Below are positions 1-9,115 of a stretch of 32,000 bases of DNA, in pieces. Every line of letters starts with the position of its first letter. The stretch's first letter is position 1. Source of the DNA: Allobaculum fili. Lineage in GTDB: Bacteria; Bacillota_I; Bacilli_A; Erysipelotrichales; Erysipelotrichaceae. The stretch is from assembly GCF_020969955.1 (NCBI RefSeq), contig NZ_JAHDSX010000007.1, positions 36,973 to 68,972 of the forward strand, written 5' to 3'. A program made the position numbers and the translations under genes. A model generated the notes under the pieces. The model saw nothing but the letters and a program-made list of their open reading frames with translations, searched no databases and was not told the origin of the DNA.

Positions 1-272
1 TTCTTCCGACCTATTTTGAACTGGCCGATCTGGATCAGAAAATCTGACGGGAACGTATAGGCCGTTTCCGGGTACTTTGCCGATACGATTGCTACGGCTT
101 TTCGCCATTTCAACCGAAAGACTCTGTTTTTGATGGCTTTGTCCAGCGAAAGAACGCGGTAAATGCGGCATTGGATCTGGTAAAGCGCCCGACTGGGCAC
201 AGGCTTATCTTTTTTGTGTGAGAAAATCCGACGGGCGTACGCGAACCGTCTGGATGGATCAAAAGTTTTCAT
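1..272 (-). CDS. hypothetical protein, N-terminal part only (gene continues past the left window edge)
   Basis: The reverse strand stays open from ATG (272..270) to position 1 (~90 codons: MKTFDPSRRFAYARRIFSHKKDKPVPSRALYQIQCRIYRV...). All three forward frames contain stops in 1..270. No family recognised and no obvious Shine-Dalgarno, so the start and the gene itself are uncertain. Confidence 0.35.
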   Translation of the reverse strand, partial: MKTFDPSRRFAYARRIFSHKKDKPVPSRALYQIQCRIYRVLSLDKAIKNRVFRLKWRKAVAIVSAKYPETAYTFPSDFLIQIGQFKIGRK

Positions 273-379
273 GAATTTTCATGAAAAAAGAGCCTGCGCG
301 GCTTCGTTTTGAAGAGCCTGTGTAGAAGAGAAAACACAATTTGCTTATAATTAGACCACATTAGCGAAGGGAAAAGATT

Positions 380-1222
380 ATGTACAAAATTCTGGAAAAG
401 AAGGTGCTCAATCCGACCGTCGTTCAGATTACGGTCGATGCGCCTCACGCTGCCCGGCACGCGAAAGCCGGTCAGTTCATTATTCTTCGTGCAGACCAGG
501 ACGGTGAACGCGTTCCGTTTACCATCGCTGCCGCCGATCCCGAAAAGGGAACGGTAACGATCATCTATCAGGTGGTCGGCGCCTCCACAAGAAAGCTCAT
601 GGCTTTGGAAGAAGGCGATGAACTCGCGGACTTTGCCGGTCCATTAGGCCGTCCTTCGGAAATTGAAGGCGAAAACGTCGTGATCATCGGCGGCGGTGTC
701 GGCTGCGCAATCGCTCTGCCGACGGCCAAGGCATTCCACGATGCCGGTAAAAACGTCACAACGATCGTCGGCTTCCGCAATAAGGATCTTGTCATTCTCG
801 AAGACGAGTTCAAAGCCGTTTCGGATACGTACTATCTGATGAGCGACGACGGTTCGGTTGGCGAAAAAGGTCTGGTTACCGCCAAACTGAAAGAGCTGAT
901 CGAAAACGGACAGAAAATCGATAAAGTCATCGCGATCGGACCGCTGATCATGATGAAATTTGTCTGCGCTCTGACCAAGGAATATGACATTCCTACCGTT
1001 GTCTCCATGAACCCGATCATGATCGACGGTACCGGCATGTGCGGCGGCTGCCGCCTCGTTGTCGATGGCCAGATGCGTTTTGCCTGCGTCGACGGTCCAG
1101 ATTTTGACGGACATAAAGTCGACTTTGATTCGGCGATGAGCCGCAATGGTGCCTATAAGGAAAAAGAGCATCACGACTATGAAGAAGCCTGCCGGCTTCT
1201 GAACAGGAAGGAGGGGGACTGA
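380..1222 (+). CDS. nfnA: NfnA / SudB-type FAD- and 2Fe-2S-containing ferredoxin:NADP oxidoreductase small subunit (PyrK-like)
   Basis: 280-aa ORF with a PyrK/ferredoxin-NADP-reductase-like layout: dinucleotide loop VVIIGGGVGCAIALP and a C-terminal Cys cluster GMCGGCRLVVDGQMRFACVDGPDF. The stop lies 2 nt before the GltD-like partner gene, the classic NfnA-NfnB pairing. Confidence 0.85.
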   Translation: MYKILEKKVLNPTVVQITVDAPHAARHAKAGQFIILRADQDGERVPFTIAAADPEKGTVTIIYQVVGASTRKLMALEEGDELADFAGPLGRPSEIEGENVVIIGGGVGCAIALPTAKAFHDAGKNVTTIVGFRNKDLVILEDEFKAVSDTYYLMSDDGSVGEKGLVTAKLKELIENGQKIDKVIAIGPLIMMKFVCALTKEYDIPTVVSMNPIMIDGTGMCGGCRLVVDGQMRFACVDGPDFDGHKVDFDSAMSRNGAYKEKEHHDYEEACRLLNRKEGD

Positions 1223-1224
1223 AC

Positions 1225-2610
1225 ATGCCGAACATGCAGATGAACAAGCATCCGATGCCCGTTCAGGAACCGGATATCCGTATTACCAACGTCGAAGAAG
1301 TCGCTTTAGGCTATACGCCGGAAACGGCAATCGAAGAAGCCAAGCGCTGCCTCAACTGCAAGCACAAGCCCTGCATCGGCGGCTGCCCGGTCAATATTCA
1401 TATTCCGGACTTTATCGCGAAAGTTGCCGAAGGCGATTTTGAAGGCGCTTATCGCATCATTTCGCTGACCAGCTCGCTGCCGGCCATCTGCGGCCGTGTC
1501 TGCCCGCAGGAGTCGCAGTGCGAATCCAAATGCGTACGCGGCATTAAAGGCGAACCGGTGGCCATCGGCCGCCTCGAGCGCTTTGTTGCCGACTATATGC
1601 GCGAAAAAGGCGAAGGCAAGCCGGAAAAACCGCAGCCAAACGGTCATAAAGTTGCAGTGGTCGGTGCCGGTCCAGCCGGACTTTCCGCAGCCGGCGATCT
1701 GGCCGGCATGGGCTATGAAGTTACCGTATTTGAAGCCCTGCATACGCCGGGCGGCGTACTCATGTACGGGATTCCGGAATTCCGTCTGCCCAAAGCCATC
1801 GTTCAGCACGAAATTTCCAAGCTGAAAGATCTCGGCGTTGAATTTGTGACCAACTTCGTAGTCGGCCGCTCCGAAACGATCGAAGAGCTGATGAACGAAG
1901 GCTATGAAGCCGTCTTTGTCGGCTCCGGCGCCGGTCTGCCTAACTTCATGAATCTGCCCGGTGAAGAGCTCAAGGGCGTATTCTCCGCCAATGAATTTCT
2001 GACCCGCTTCAATTTAATGAAAGCGTACCGTGAAGATTCGCCGACCCCGATCCAGCATCCGAAAAAGACGGTCGTTGTCGGCGGCGGAAACGTCGCCATG
2101 GATGCGGCGCGCTGCGCAAGACGTCTTGGCAGCGAGGTGTACATCGTCTACCGCCGTTCGCTCGAAGAACTGCCGGCCCGTAAGGAAGAAGTTGAACACG
2201 CCATGGAAGAGGGAATCATCTTCAAACTGCTCAACAACCCAGTTGCCGTCCACGGCGATGAAAACGGCTGCGTGAATGCGGTGGAATGCATCGAAATGGA
2301 ACTCGGCGAACCGGACGCTTCCGGAAGAAGACGCCCGATTGCCAAAGAAGGAAGCAGCTTCATGATCGATGCCGACTGCATGATCATGGCGATCGGTACT
2401 TCGCCAAACCCGCTGATCCGCTCGACGACCGAAGGTCTGGAAACCAACCGCAAGGGCTGTCTGATCGTTGACGAAAACGAAATGACGACCCGCGAAGGCA
2501 TTTACGCCGGCGGGGATGCCGTTACGGGTGCCGCTACGGTTATTTCCGCGATGGGTGCCGGCAAGAAAGCCGCCGCAGCCATCGACAAGGCGCTGCTCAA
2601 AGACGCCTGA
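1225..2610 (+). CDS. nfnB: NfnB / SudA-type subunit (glutamate synthase small-chain homologue, 2x[4Fe-4S] + FAD/NADPH)
   Basis: 461-aa ORF. N-terminal Fe-S Cys motifs (CLNCKHKPCIGGCPV; CGRVCPQESQCESKC) and two Rossmann loops (VAVVGAGPAGLSAA; VVVGGGNVAMDAA). Purine-rich SD (AGGAAGGAGGGGGA) just upstream of the ATG. Confidence 0.9.
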   Translation: MPNMQMNKHPMPVQEPDIRITNVEEVALGYTPETAIEEAKRCLNCKHKPCIGGCPVNIHIPDFIAKVAEGDFEGAYRIISLTSSLPAICGRVCPQESQCESKCVRGIKGEPVAIGRLERFVADYMREKGEGKPEKPQPNGHKVAVVGAGPAGLSAAGDLAGMGYEVTVFEALHTPGGVLMYGIPEFRLPKAIVQHEISKLKDLGVEFVTNFVVGRSETIEELMNEGYEAVFVGSGAGLPNFMNLPGEELKGVFSANEFLTRFNLMKAYREDSPTPIQHPKKTVVVGGGNVAMDAARCARRLGSEVYIVYRRSLEELPARKEEVEHAMEEGIIFKLLNNPVAVHGDENGCVNAVECIEMELGEPDASGRRRPIAKEGSSFMIDADCMIMAIGTSPNPLIRSTTEGLETNRKGCLIVDENEMTTREGIYAGGDAVTGAATVISAMGAGKKAAAAIDKALLKDA

Positions 2611-2656
2611 GTTTTCCCGATTCTGCTTTAAACGATTCAAACTGCAGGCAGAAGGC

Positions 2657-2700
2657 CTGTCCGGATTTTTTGCGGACAGACGCTTCTGTCTGTTTTCACG
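2657..2700 (+). terminator. putative intrinsic terminator after nfnB (two adjacent hairpins)
   Basis: CTGTCCG-N9-CGGACAG overlaps ACAGAC-gcttct-GTCTGT, followed by TTTCACGTTTTC. Confidence 0.5.
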
Positions 2701-2919
2701 TTTTCTTCCCGATTCTTTTGTATCTTTTGTCGCAGCACAAATACGGGTGCATGATTTTTACTGATCCAGTCTTGCTTTACTGAACGGATGAACCGGTTTG
2801 GTATTAAACCCGTTTTCTGCCTTGTGAAAGAGACGAAAAAGCGCAGGAGAAACGAATCGCCTTTGTCTATCGGCAATTCAAATATTTGCCAATCAAATTC
2901 ATGCAGGCAGGATGCAAAG

Positions 2920-2947
2920 TTGACAAGGGGCAGGAATTCTTTAAAAT
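2920..2947 (+). promoter_or_regulatory. sigma-70-type promoter for efp
   Basis: Perfect -35 TTGACA (2920..2925), 16-nt spacer, -10 TAAAAT (2942..2947). Lies ~40 nt upstream of the efp SD. Confidence 0.55.
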
Positions 2948-2984
2948 AAAACCGAAATTCAATCACAAAGGAGCCATAACCGAC

Positions 2985-3548
2985 ATGATCAGTTCGAACG
3001 ATTTAAAACCAGGACAGACAATTCGCGTTGGAGATGATATCTTCGTAGTTCTGGACACCCTTCAGAATAAGACAGCCCGTTCTGCAATGGTTGTCAAAGC
3101 CAAAGTCCGCAACCTGCGTACAGGAAGCAACGTAGAGCTTTCCTGGGGCGGCGGTGAAAAAGTAGAGCCTGCCATGATCGACAAGCGCGAAATGCAGTAC
3201 CTGTACGATACAGACGATGCCATGGTTTTCATGGATAACGAAACTTACGAACAGATTGAGATCCCGACAGTTCGCCTGGAATGGGAACGCAAATTTGTTA
3301 AGCCAAACGATAACGTAAACGTAACCAGCTACGAAGGCGAAATCATCGGTGTTTCTCTTCCGGACAAAGCAACTCTCCAGGTTGTTGAATGTGAACCAGC
3401 TGTAAAAGGCGATACCACCAGTGCTGCGCAGAAAAATGCAAAACTGGAAACCGGCCTTGAGCTGAAAGTTCCTCTGTTCATCAACGAAGGCGAAATGATC
3501 GTTGTTTCGACTGCAGACGGAAAATATTCCGGACGCGCGAAAAACTAG
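2985..3548 (+). CDS. efp: elongation factor P
   Basis: Starts MISSNDLKPGQTIRVGDDIFVVLD...; typical EF-P N-terminus and length (187 aa). SD AAAGGAG at 2967..2973. The ORF-track start 2886 is an upstream in-frame extension with no SD. Confidence 0.95.
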   Translation: MISSNDLKPGQTIRVGDDIFVVLDTLQNKTARSAMVVKAKVRNLRTGSNVELSWGGGEKVEPAMIDKREMQYLYDTDDAMVFMDNETYEQIEIPTVRLEWERKFVKPNDNVNVTSYEGEIIGVSLPDKATLQVVECEPAVKGDTTSAAQKNAKLETGLELKVPLFINEGEMIVVSTADGKYSGRAKN

Positions 3549-3557
3549 TCTTCTTCC

Positions 3558-3592
3558 AAGCCGCATACCGCGGCTTTTCTTTTTGGTTTTTT
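3558..3592 (+). terminator. intrinsic terminator after efp
   Basis: AAGCCGC-atacc-GCGGCTT stem followed by TTCTTTTTGGTTTTTT. Confidence 0.8.
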
Positions 3593-3634
3593 GCCTTTAT
3601 TTAAAGGCTTGTTTTAATTATTTTGCTATGAATT

Positions 3635-3643
3635 TGTTATAAT
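3635..3643 (+). promoter_or_regulatory. extended -10 promoter element (TGtTATAAT)
   Basis: TG-n-TATAAT at 3635..3643, ~15 nt upstream of the strong SD AAGGAGG (3657..3663). Confidence 0.5.
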
Positions 3644-3669
3644 GAAAACCGTGCTTAAGGAGGAAATGA

Positions 3670-4774
3670 ATGACCAGACTGTCCCGTAAAGACCGTTACC
3701 AGGATCTGCGTCAGACGATCAGCGACCAGAATGGCGAAGCGAAAACTTCCGCGCCAAGTGCGCAAAAAAAATGAAAAGACCGTTCGCCTGGCCGCACCGG
3801 ATGTCAAAAGCGAAAGCCGTGCCAAAGCGGCTCCGGTAAACAGTCGTGCACAATCGACAAACCCTGTTCTTGAAGATCTGCTTGGAGAAGTAAAACAGTA
3901 CAACCTCTCCAACGGCGATCTTGTCAGTGACGATACACAAATGCAGATTCTGCATACCATTAACAGCGACCGAAACCCCGAAGCGGATAAGCGAAACCGT
4001 CATCTTGAAGAGATGGAAACCGCCGCTCCAGGTTCCACGACGCTCAATCTCTACAGCTCCGATCTCATGGATCTGGCTGCCAGAAGCAAGAGCCAGAAAG
4101 AAGAAGCGGCCCAAAAAGCAGCCGCCCAGGAAGATCAAGAGCCAGTAGAGCGCGAAATTGAAGTGGATTTAAGCGTACTCGAGTCCGCTTCAAAAAAGCA
4201 TTCTGCCCGCGATGACTTCTTCGCAAAACCCGAATCCGAACCAGAAGAGGAAACGACAGAAGCATTCGAAGAAGAATACGAAGAGAAGCCTAAAAGCCGG
4301 CGCAAAAGAAAACCGTTCTTTAAGTCCCGCAGAAAATCCAGAGACGATGAAGACGAATATGTCGAAATCGATGAGGAAGAAGAGGTGCCTGGCGCCTTTG
4401 ATGACGACGCTCTCGTCGAAGAGGATGTCATTATCGCCGCCCCTGCAAAACGCTCCGAATTTTCCTACGACGATCAGGATCGCCTCTTTGATGAAGACTA
4501 TAACGATCTCGATGCAGAAGACGAAGTCGAAGAAAAGCGTCCGACACACCGCAAAAAACACGCCCGCAAAGCCAGAGCAAAAAAGCCGGAACTGCATACG
4601 CAGGATGAAGAAGACGAAAGTGAAGAATATTCCCGTCCTCGCGCTTCCGTTTACGATCAGGAAGATCAGCCTGTTTCCAAAGGCGCAGCCATTTTCATGA
4701 TCGTCTGTGTCATCCTTCTCGTCATTCTGATTATTCTTACGATTTTCTGGATGTCCAAACTCGGTATTTTCTAG
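3670..4774 (+). CDS. highly charged low-complexity protein with C-terminal transmembrane anchor; reading frame broken in an A8 tract (N-terminal exon-like piece 3670..3774, main ORF 3731..4774)
   Basis: SD AAGGAGG lies 6 nt before ATG 3670 (MTRLSRKDRYQDLRQTISDQNGEAKTSAPSAQKK*). That frame stops at 3772..3774, right after AAAAAAAA (3764..3771). The 347-aa ORF in the +1 frame (ATG 3731, no SD) continues NEKTVRLAAPD..., is D/E/K/R-rich, and ends in AAIFMIVCVILLVILIILTIFWMSKLGIF. Confidence 0.6.
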
Positions 4775-4825
4775 ATTTTAAAGGAGGAGATCCAGACGTA
4801 AAAAGCGTTCTGGATTGAATAGCTG

Positions 4826-5515
4826 ATGCAAAAATTCAATGTGGCCCTCGATGGGCCAAGCGGAGCCGGCAAATCCTCTGTTGCCGATGAAATCGCCCGG
4901 ATCTATGATCTGATCCATCTCGATACCGGAGCCATGTACCGGGCTCTGGCCTGGAAGCTGCACGCGATGCAGATGGAGCCGAAAAGCTCGAAAGAACTCG
5001 AAGACGCGCTTAGTTCCATCGATCTGAAAGTGAATCCGGCCGATCAGAGCATTTCCGTCAACGGTGAAAATGTCTCCCAGATCATACGTACGCCCGAAGT
5101 CAGCCGTCTGGCATCGATTTATTCCGCACTGCCGGAAGTTCGAATACGGCTGGTGGCCCTGCAGCAGGAAATCGCCCGTTCCAAAGGCTATATTCTGGAC
5201 GGACGCGACATCTGCGATGTCGTGCTGCCCGATGCGGACGTCAAAATCTATCTGGACGCTGCGCCGGAAGCCCGTGCAAAGCGGCGTATGCTTCAAAATG
5301 AAGAAAAGGGAATTGAAGAGCCGTACGAAGAGGTGCTGGCGGCCATCATCGAGCGCGACGCGCGCGATAAAAACCGCAAGGAAGCCCCGCTTCGCGTTTC
5401 CAAAGACGCGCGTGTTCTTGATTCCAGCAGCCTGAATTTCCAGGAAACCGTAGACGTTGTCTGCGAATGGATTAATCAGGCACTCTCTGCGCAAAAAGCA
5501 GAGGCTCACGCATAA
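4826..5515 (+). CDS. cmk: cytidylate kinase
   Basis: MQKFNVALDGPSGAGKSSVADEIA...LDTGAMYRAL: P-loop and Cmk signature. An in-frame stop 2 codons upstream fixes the start at 4826. Confidence 0.95.
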   Translation: MQKFNVALDGPSGAGKSSVADEIARIYDLIHLDTGAMYRALAWKLHAMQMEPKSSKELEDALSSIDLKVNPADQSISVNGENVSQIIRTPEVSRLASIYSALPEVRIRLVALQQEIARSKGYILDGRDICDVVLPDADVKIYLDAAPEARAKRRMLQNEEKGIEEPYEEVLAAIIERDARDKNRKEAPLRVSKDARVLDSSSLNFQETVDVVCEWINQALSAQKAEAHA

Positions 5516-5559
5516 TGAATGCATAAAGTCTGCGAGGCAGACAGAAAGAAGTGTTTTTT

Positions 5560-6864
5560 ATGATGAAAGGTACAGTGGCTGTAGTCGGCCGGCCAAACGT
5601 CGGCAAGTCTACCGTCTTCAACCGCATCATCGGCGAGCGCAAGTCGATTGTCGATGATACGCCGGGCGTTACCCGTGACCGCATTTATGGACAGACGGAG
5701 TGGCTGACACAGCCGTTTTATTTAATTGATACCGGCGGGATCCAGCTGGAAGATCAGGCGTTTGCGGATGAGATCGGCATGCAGGTCGATATCGCGATTG
5801 AAGAAGCAGATGTCATTCTGTTTCTGGTCAACGCCATCGAAGGCGTTACCGATGACGATATCGCCATTGCCCGCAAGCTGCAGAAATCGAAGAAACCGGT
5901 TGTTTTAGCGGTAAATAAAGCCGATAATGAAAACCTGCGCATGTCGATTTACGATTTCTATACGCTCGGTCTTTCCGATCCGATTCCCATGTCCGCTGAA
6001 CATGGAACCGGAGTTGCCGAAGTCCTCGATGAAATTGTAAAATACCTGCCGGATAAAAAACTGAAAGTCTACGACGGCATGACGACCTTCTGTGTCATCG
6101 GCCGTCCAAACGTCGGCAAAAGCTCGCTCGTCAACGCGATTCTCAAAGAAGACCGCGCCATCGTCTCCAATGTGGAAGGCACAACGCGCGATGCCGTCGA
6201 TACGCCGTTTCGCTACGAGGGCCGCGACTATGTCATTATCGACACCGCAGGCATGCGCAAGCGCGGAAAAGTCTGGGAGAACATCGAGAAGTATTCCGTT
6301 CTCCGTGCCGTTTCCGCGATTGAGCGCGCCGATGTCGTCCTGTTTCTGATTGACGGAGAAAAAGGAATCCGCGATCAGGATAAGCACGTCGCCGGACTGG
6401 CCCATGATGAAGGAAAAGGCGTCATCATCGTCTACAACAAGTGGGATACCGTAGAAAAAGACGAAAGAACGATGAACGAAATCTCGAAAAAGATCCGCGA
6501 AGAGTTCAAGTATCTTTCCTACGCGCCGATTGCGTTTGTCTCCGCGAAAACCGGAGCCCGCGTCAATACGCTGCTCCCGCTGATCGATCAGGTCCATGAT
6601 GCCTGCACGATGCGCGTTCCGACTAACGTACTGAACGACGTTATTATGGACGCCCAGATGATGAACCCGCCAAAACCGCATAACGGCAAGCAGCTGCGGA
6701 TTTACTACGCTTCGCAGGTTTCTGTATCGCCTCCGACGATTCTGATATTCGTCAACGAACCGGAACTGTTCCATTTCTCGTACAAGAGATACCTGGAAAA
6801 CAAGCTCCGTGAGGCTTTCGGATTTATCGGAACCCCGATTCGAATTCACGCAAGGAAGAGATAA
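5560..6864 (+). CDS. der: ribosome-associated GTPase Der (EngA)
   Basis: Two tandem G domains (VAVVGRPNVGKSTVFN; FCVIGRPNVGKSSLVN; DTGG / DTAG; NKAD / NKWD) plus a C-terminal KH-like domain. The ORF track starts at GTG 5551; ATG 5560 or 5563 is more likely. Confidence 0.95.
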   Translation: MMKGTVAVVGRPNVGKSTVFNRIIGERKSIVDDTPGVTRDRIYGQTEWLTQPFYLIDTGGIQLEDQAFADEIGMQVDIAIEEADVILFLVNAIEGVTDDDIAIARKLQKSKKPVVLAVNKADNENLRMSIYDFYTLGLSDPIPMSAEHGTGVAEVLDEIVKYLPDKKLKVYDGMTTFCVIGRPNVGKSSLVNAILKEDRAIVSNVEGTTRDAVDTPFRYEGRDYVIIDTAGMRKRGKVWENIEKYSVLRAVSAIERADVVLFLIDGEKGIRDQDKHVAGLAHDEGKGVIIVYNKWDTVEKDERTMNEISKKIREEFKYLSYAPIAFVSAKTGARVNTLLPLIDQVHDACTMRVPTNVLNDVIMDAQMMNPPKPHNGKQLRIYYASQVSVSPPTILIFVNEPELFHFSYKRYLENKLREAFGFIGTPIRIHARKR

Positions 6865-6866
6865 AA

Positions 6867-7862
6867 ATGAAAACTGTTGTGATTGGCAGCGGAAGCTGGG
6901 GCACAGCGCTGGCTCAGGTTCTCTGTGACAACCATCAGCCTGTCGAACTGATCGGCGTCGACGATGCCGAAATTCAGGACATTAACCAAAACCATAAAAA
7001 CTCGAAATACTTCAGGGACGTCGATCTCAATCCGGCCCTTCACGCCACAAAGGACTGGAACGTTTTAAACGACGCGGACGTCGTCCTCTTTGCGGTACCG
7101 ACTGCAGCCATTGAATCGGTTGCTTCAAAAGCCGCAGAGCATGTAACGAAACCCGTCATTGCGGTCAATGTTTCCAAGGGCTTCAACCCGGGAAGCGATG
7201 AGCGCATGAGCCAGGTCATCCGGCGCGTCATGCCGGCGGACCGTCTTTCCTCGGTCGTTTCTCTGATTGGACCTTCCCACGCGGAAGAAGTCATTGAGCG
7301 TCAGCTGACCAGCATTGATGCGGTCAGCCTGAAGGAAGACGACGCGAAAGCCGTTCAGCTGCTGTTTTCCAACCAGTATCTGCGTATTTATACTGGCGAC
7401 GATGAAATCGGCAGCGAACTTGGCGCCGCCGTTAAAAACGTCATGGCGATCGCCTCGGGCATCATTGCCGGTCTCGGGTACAAGGACAATACCCGTGCAG
7501 CGCTCATTACCCGCGGCCTGCAGGAAATGATCCGCTTTGGCACGCGCTTTGGCGGCCGTCCAGAAACGTTTGTTGGTCTGACCGGCATCGGCGATCTGAT
7601 CGTTACCTGTTCCTCTATCAATTCCCGCAACTTCCAGGCCGGTCTTCAGATCGGCAAAGAAAATGACGTCACACATTTTCTTCAGACGAACAAGAAAACG
7701 ACCGAAGGCATTCGTACTGCAAAAGTCGTTCATGATATCGCCGCAGAAACCGGAATTGACATGCCGATCTGCGAAGAGGTCTACCAGATCCTTTTCGAAG
7801 GCAAGGAACCGAAAAACTGTGCCTGTGATCTTATGCTTAGAGATTTAAAGAAGGAGTTTTAA
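6867..7862 (+). CDS. gpsA: NAD(P)H-dependent glycerol-3-phosphate dehydrogenase
   Basis: MKTVVIGSGSWGTALAQVL N-terminal Rossmann loop, ...NVSKG..., GPSHAEEV, KNVMAIASG: GpsA hallmarks. Directly follows der, as in Bacillota. Confidence 0.95.
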   Translation: MKTVVIGSGSWGTALAQVLCDNHQPVELIGVDDAEIQDINQNHKNSKYFRDVDLNPALHATKDWNVLNDADVVLFAVPTAAIESVASKAAEHVTKPVIAVNVSKGFNPGSDERMSQVIRRVMPADRLSSVVSLIGPSHAEEVIERQLTSIDAVSLKEDDAKAVQLLFSNQYLRIYTGDDEIGSELGAAVKNVMAIASGIIAGLGYKDNTRAALITRGLQEMIRFGTRFGGRPETFVGLTGIGDLIVTCSSINSRNFQAGLQIGKENDVTHFLQTNKKTTEGIRTAKVVHDIAAETGIDMPICEEVYQILFEGKEPKNCACDLMLRDLKKEF

Positions 7863-7865
7863 TTC

Positions 7866-8162
7866 ATGCCTAAGTACGTAAACAAGGATTCTCTTACAGA
7901 CAGCCTTTCTTCTGCATTCAACCTGAAGAAAAAAGACTCTGCGGAGATCGTGAACCTGCTTTTTGAAGAAATGTCGGAGGCTCTGATTTCCGAAGGAACC
8001 GTTGAAATTACCGGCTTTGGAAAATTCGTTATTTTTGATCGCAAGAAACGAATGGGCATCAACCCAGTTACGAAAGAACGTATGGAAATCCCAGCGACCA
8101 AACTTCCTAAATTCAAACCCAGTCAGACACTGAAAAATCGCTGCAACAACCGGGAGGACTAA
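7866..8162 (+). CDS. hup: HU/IHF-family nucleoid DNA-binding protein
   Basis: 98 aa. ...VEITGFGKFVIFDRKKRMGINPVTKERMEIPATKLPKFKPSQTLK is the HU beta-arm signature. SD AAGGAG upstream. Confidence 0.9.
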   Translation: MPKYVNKDSLTDSLSSAFNLKKKDSAEIVNLLFEEMSEALISEGTVEITGFGKFVIFDRKKRMGINPVTKERMEIPATKLPKFKPSQTLKNRCNNRED

Positions 8163-8178
8163 TCCCGGTTTTTCTTTG
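8148..8178 (+). terminator. intrinsic terminator after hup
   Basis: AACCGGGA-ggactaa-TCCCGGTT (8-bp perfect stem overlapping the stop codon), followed by TTTCTTTG. Confidence 0.85.
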
Positions 8179-8433
8179 TCTGCGCAAGCCTGTATGGTAA
8201 ATGTAAATTTTCTTTGAATGGGCGACCCATCGGTGAAAAAGTGTTAAAGGATGATAATATCAACCAACTAGTATAATAAGAAGTGGAAAAACATCATAGA
8301 ACACCATCAGAAGGCGATTTGGAAAGAAATTTTTGACCGTTAGATACGAACGTATCTGCCCCGATCCGTTTACGTATCGAGGCAAAAAAATTTCGGTATT
8401 TAGATCGCCTGCTGGAAAAGAGGAATATTTATC

Positions 8434-8997
8434 ATGCATTCTATCGTTTTGGCCGGAGGCTGTTTCTGGGGCGTAGAAGCCTTCTTTCGCCAGTTTCGCC
8501 CGCTGCACACGCAAGTCGGGTATGTAAACGGTCCTGGAGAACATCCAATCTACCGGGATGTCTGCGAGGGAAGCGGACATACCGAAGGCATTCGCATTGA
8601 ATACCCGGACTGTATTGAGCTGCCTCAGATTCTGGCTTCCTATTTTTCCATTGTCGATCCGGTCAGTCTGAACCGGCAGGGAAACGATATCGGCATCAAC
8701 TACCGTACCGGCATTTATACGAACGATCCAAAGGAAGCGGCAATCGCGAAGGGCATGCTGGAAGACTTGCAGAGGCATTATTCCAAACCCATTCAGATTG
8801 AGGTAGAACCGCTCAATAACTTCTGCCCGGCAGAAGAGGAACACCAGAATTATCTCGGTCGCAATCCCGGCGGCTATTGCCATATTCCTAGATCGCTTTT
8901 GCATGGATGCAGACTGTTTACCATGCGCGAGCTTCGCGAGGAATATCCATCGCTGGCAAAAACGATGCCTGCACCAGAGGAAGATGAAATTTTCTAA
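8434..8997 (+). CDS. msrA: peptide-methionine (S)-S-oxide reductase
   Basis: MHSIVLAGGCFWGVEAFF...GY.NG...YRDVC.G.GH.E: the MsrA GCFWG active-site motif. Confidence 0.95.
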   Translation: MHSIVLAGGCFWGVEAFFRQFRPLHTQVGYVNGPGEHPIYRDVCEGSGHTEGIRIEYPDCIELPQILASYFSIVDPVSLNRQGNDIGINYRTGIYTNDPKEAAIAKGMLEDLQRHYSKPIQIEVEPLNNFCPAEEEHQNYLGRNPGGYCHIPRSLLHGCRLFTMRELREEYPSLAKTMPAPEEDEIF

Positions 8998-9028
8998 ACA
9001 GCCTGACCAGATTTAGATTTTATGCGAA

Positions 9029-9083
9029 GAAAAAGCGGATCTGCACAAGAAGGAAATGCCTTCAACGCAGATCGCGCTTTTTT
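9029..9083. terminator. bidirectional terminator between convergent msrA and ABC ATPase gene
   Basis: AAAAAGCGGATCTGC ... GCAGATCGCGCTTTTTT: ~10-bp stem with one bulge, an A-run on the left and a T-run on the right. Confidence 0.6.
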
Positions 9084-9115
9084 ACTTTATCCAGGGAATA
9101 CAGCCGGCTTGCCGC

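Noticed and set aside
3764-3774. Calling the A8-UGA site a programmed +1 frameshift
   Set aside because: The geometry (slippery AAA followed by a stop) permits it. With several other homopolymer-associated breaks in the same window, an indel (real or artefactual) is the simpler explanation, so it is kept only as a minor alternative in the finding.
4780-4787. Strong orphan Shine-Dalgarno (AAAGGAGG) 40 nt upstream of cmk
   Set aside because: No ATG/GTG/TTG lies at a usable distance downstream. The cmk start is fixed at 4826 by an in-frame stop two codons upstream and by the normal Cmk N-terminus. Probably fortuitous or a stand-by site; not enough to call a feature.
5905-6849. 314-aa reverse-strand ORF opposite der (plus similar antisense ORFs at 644..1174, 2014..2640, 3003..3566, 7125..7733, 8260..8904, 11930..12664)
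   Set aside because: All overlap confidently identified genes on the other strand and show no family motifs or ribosome-binding sites.
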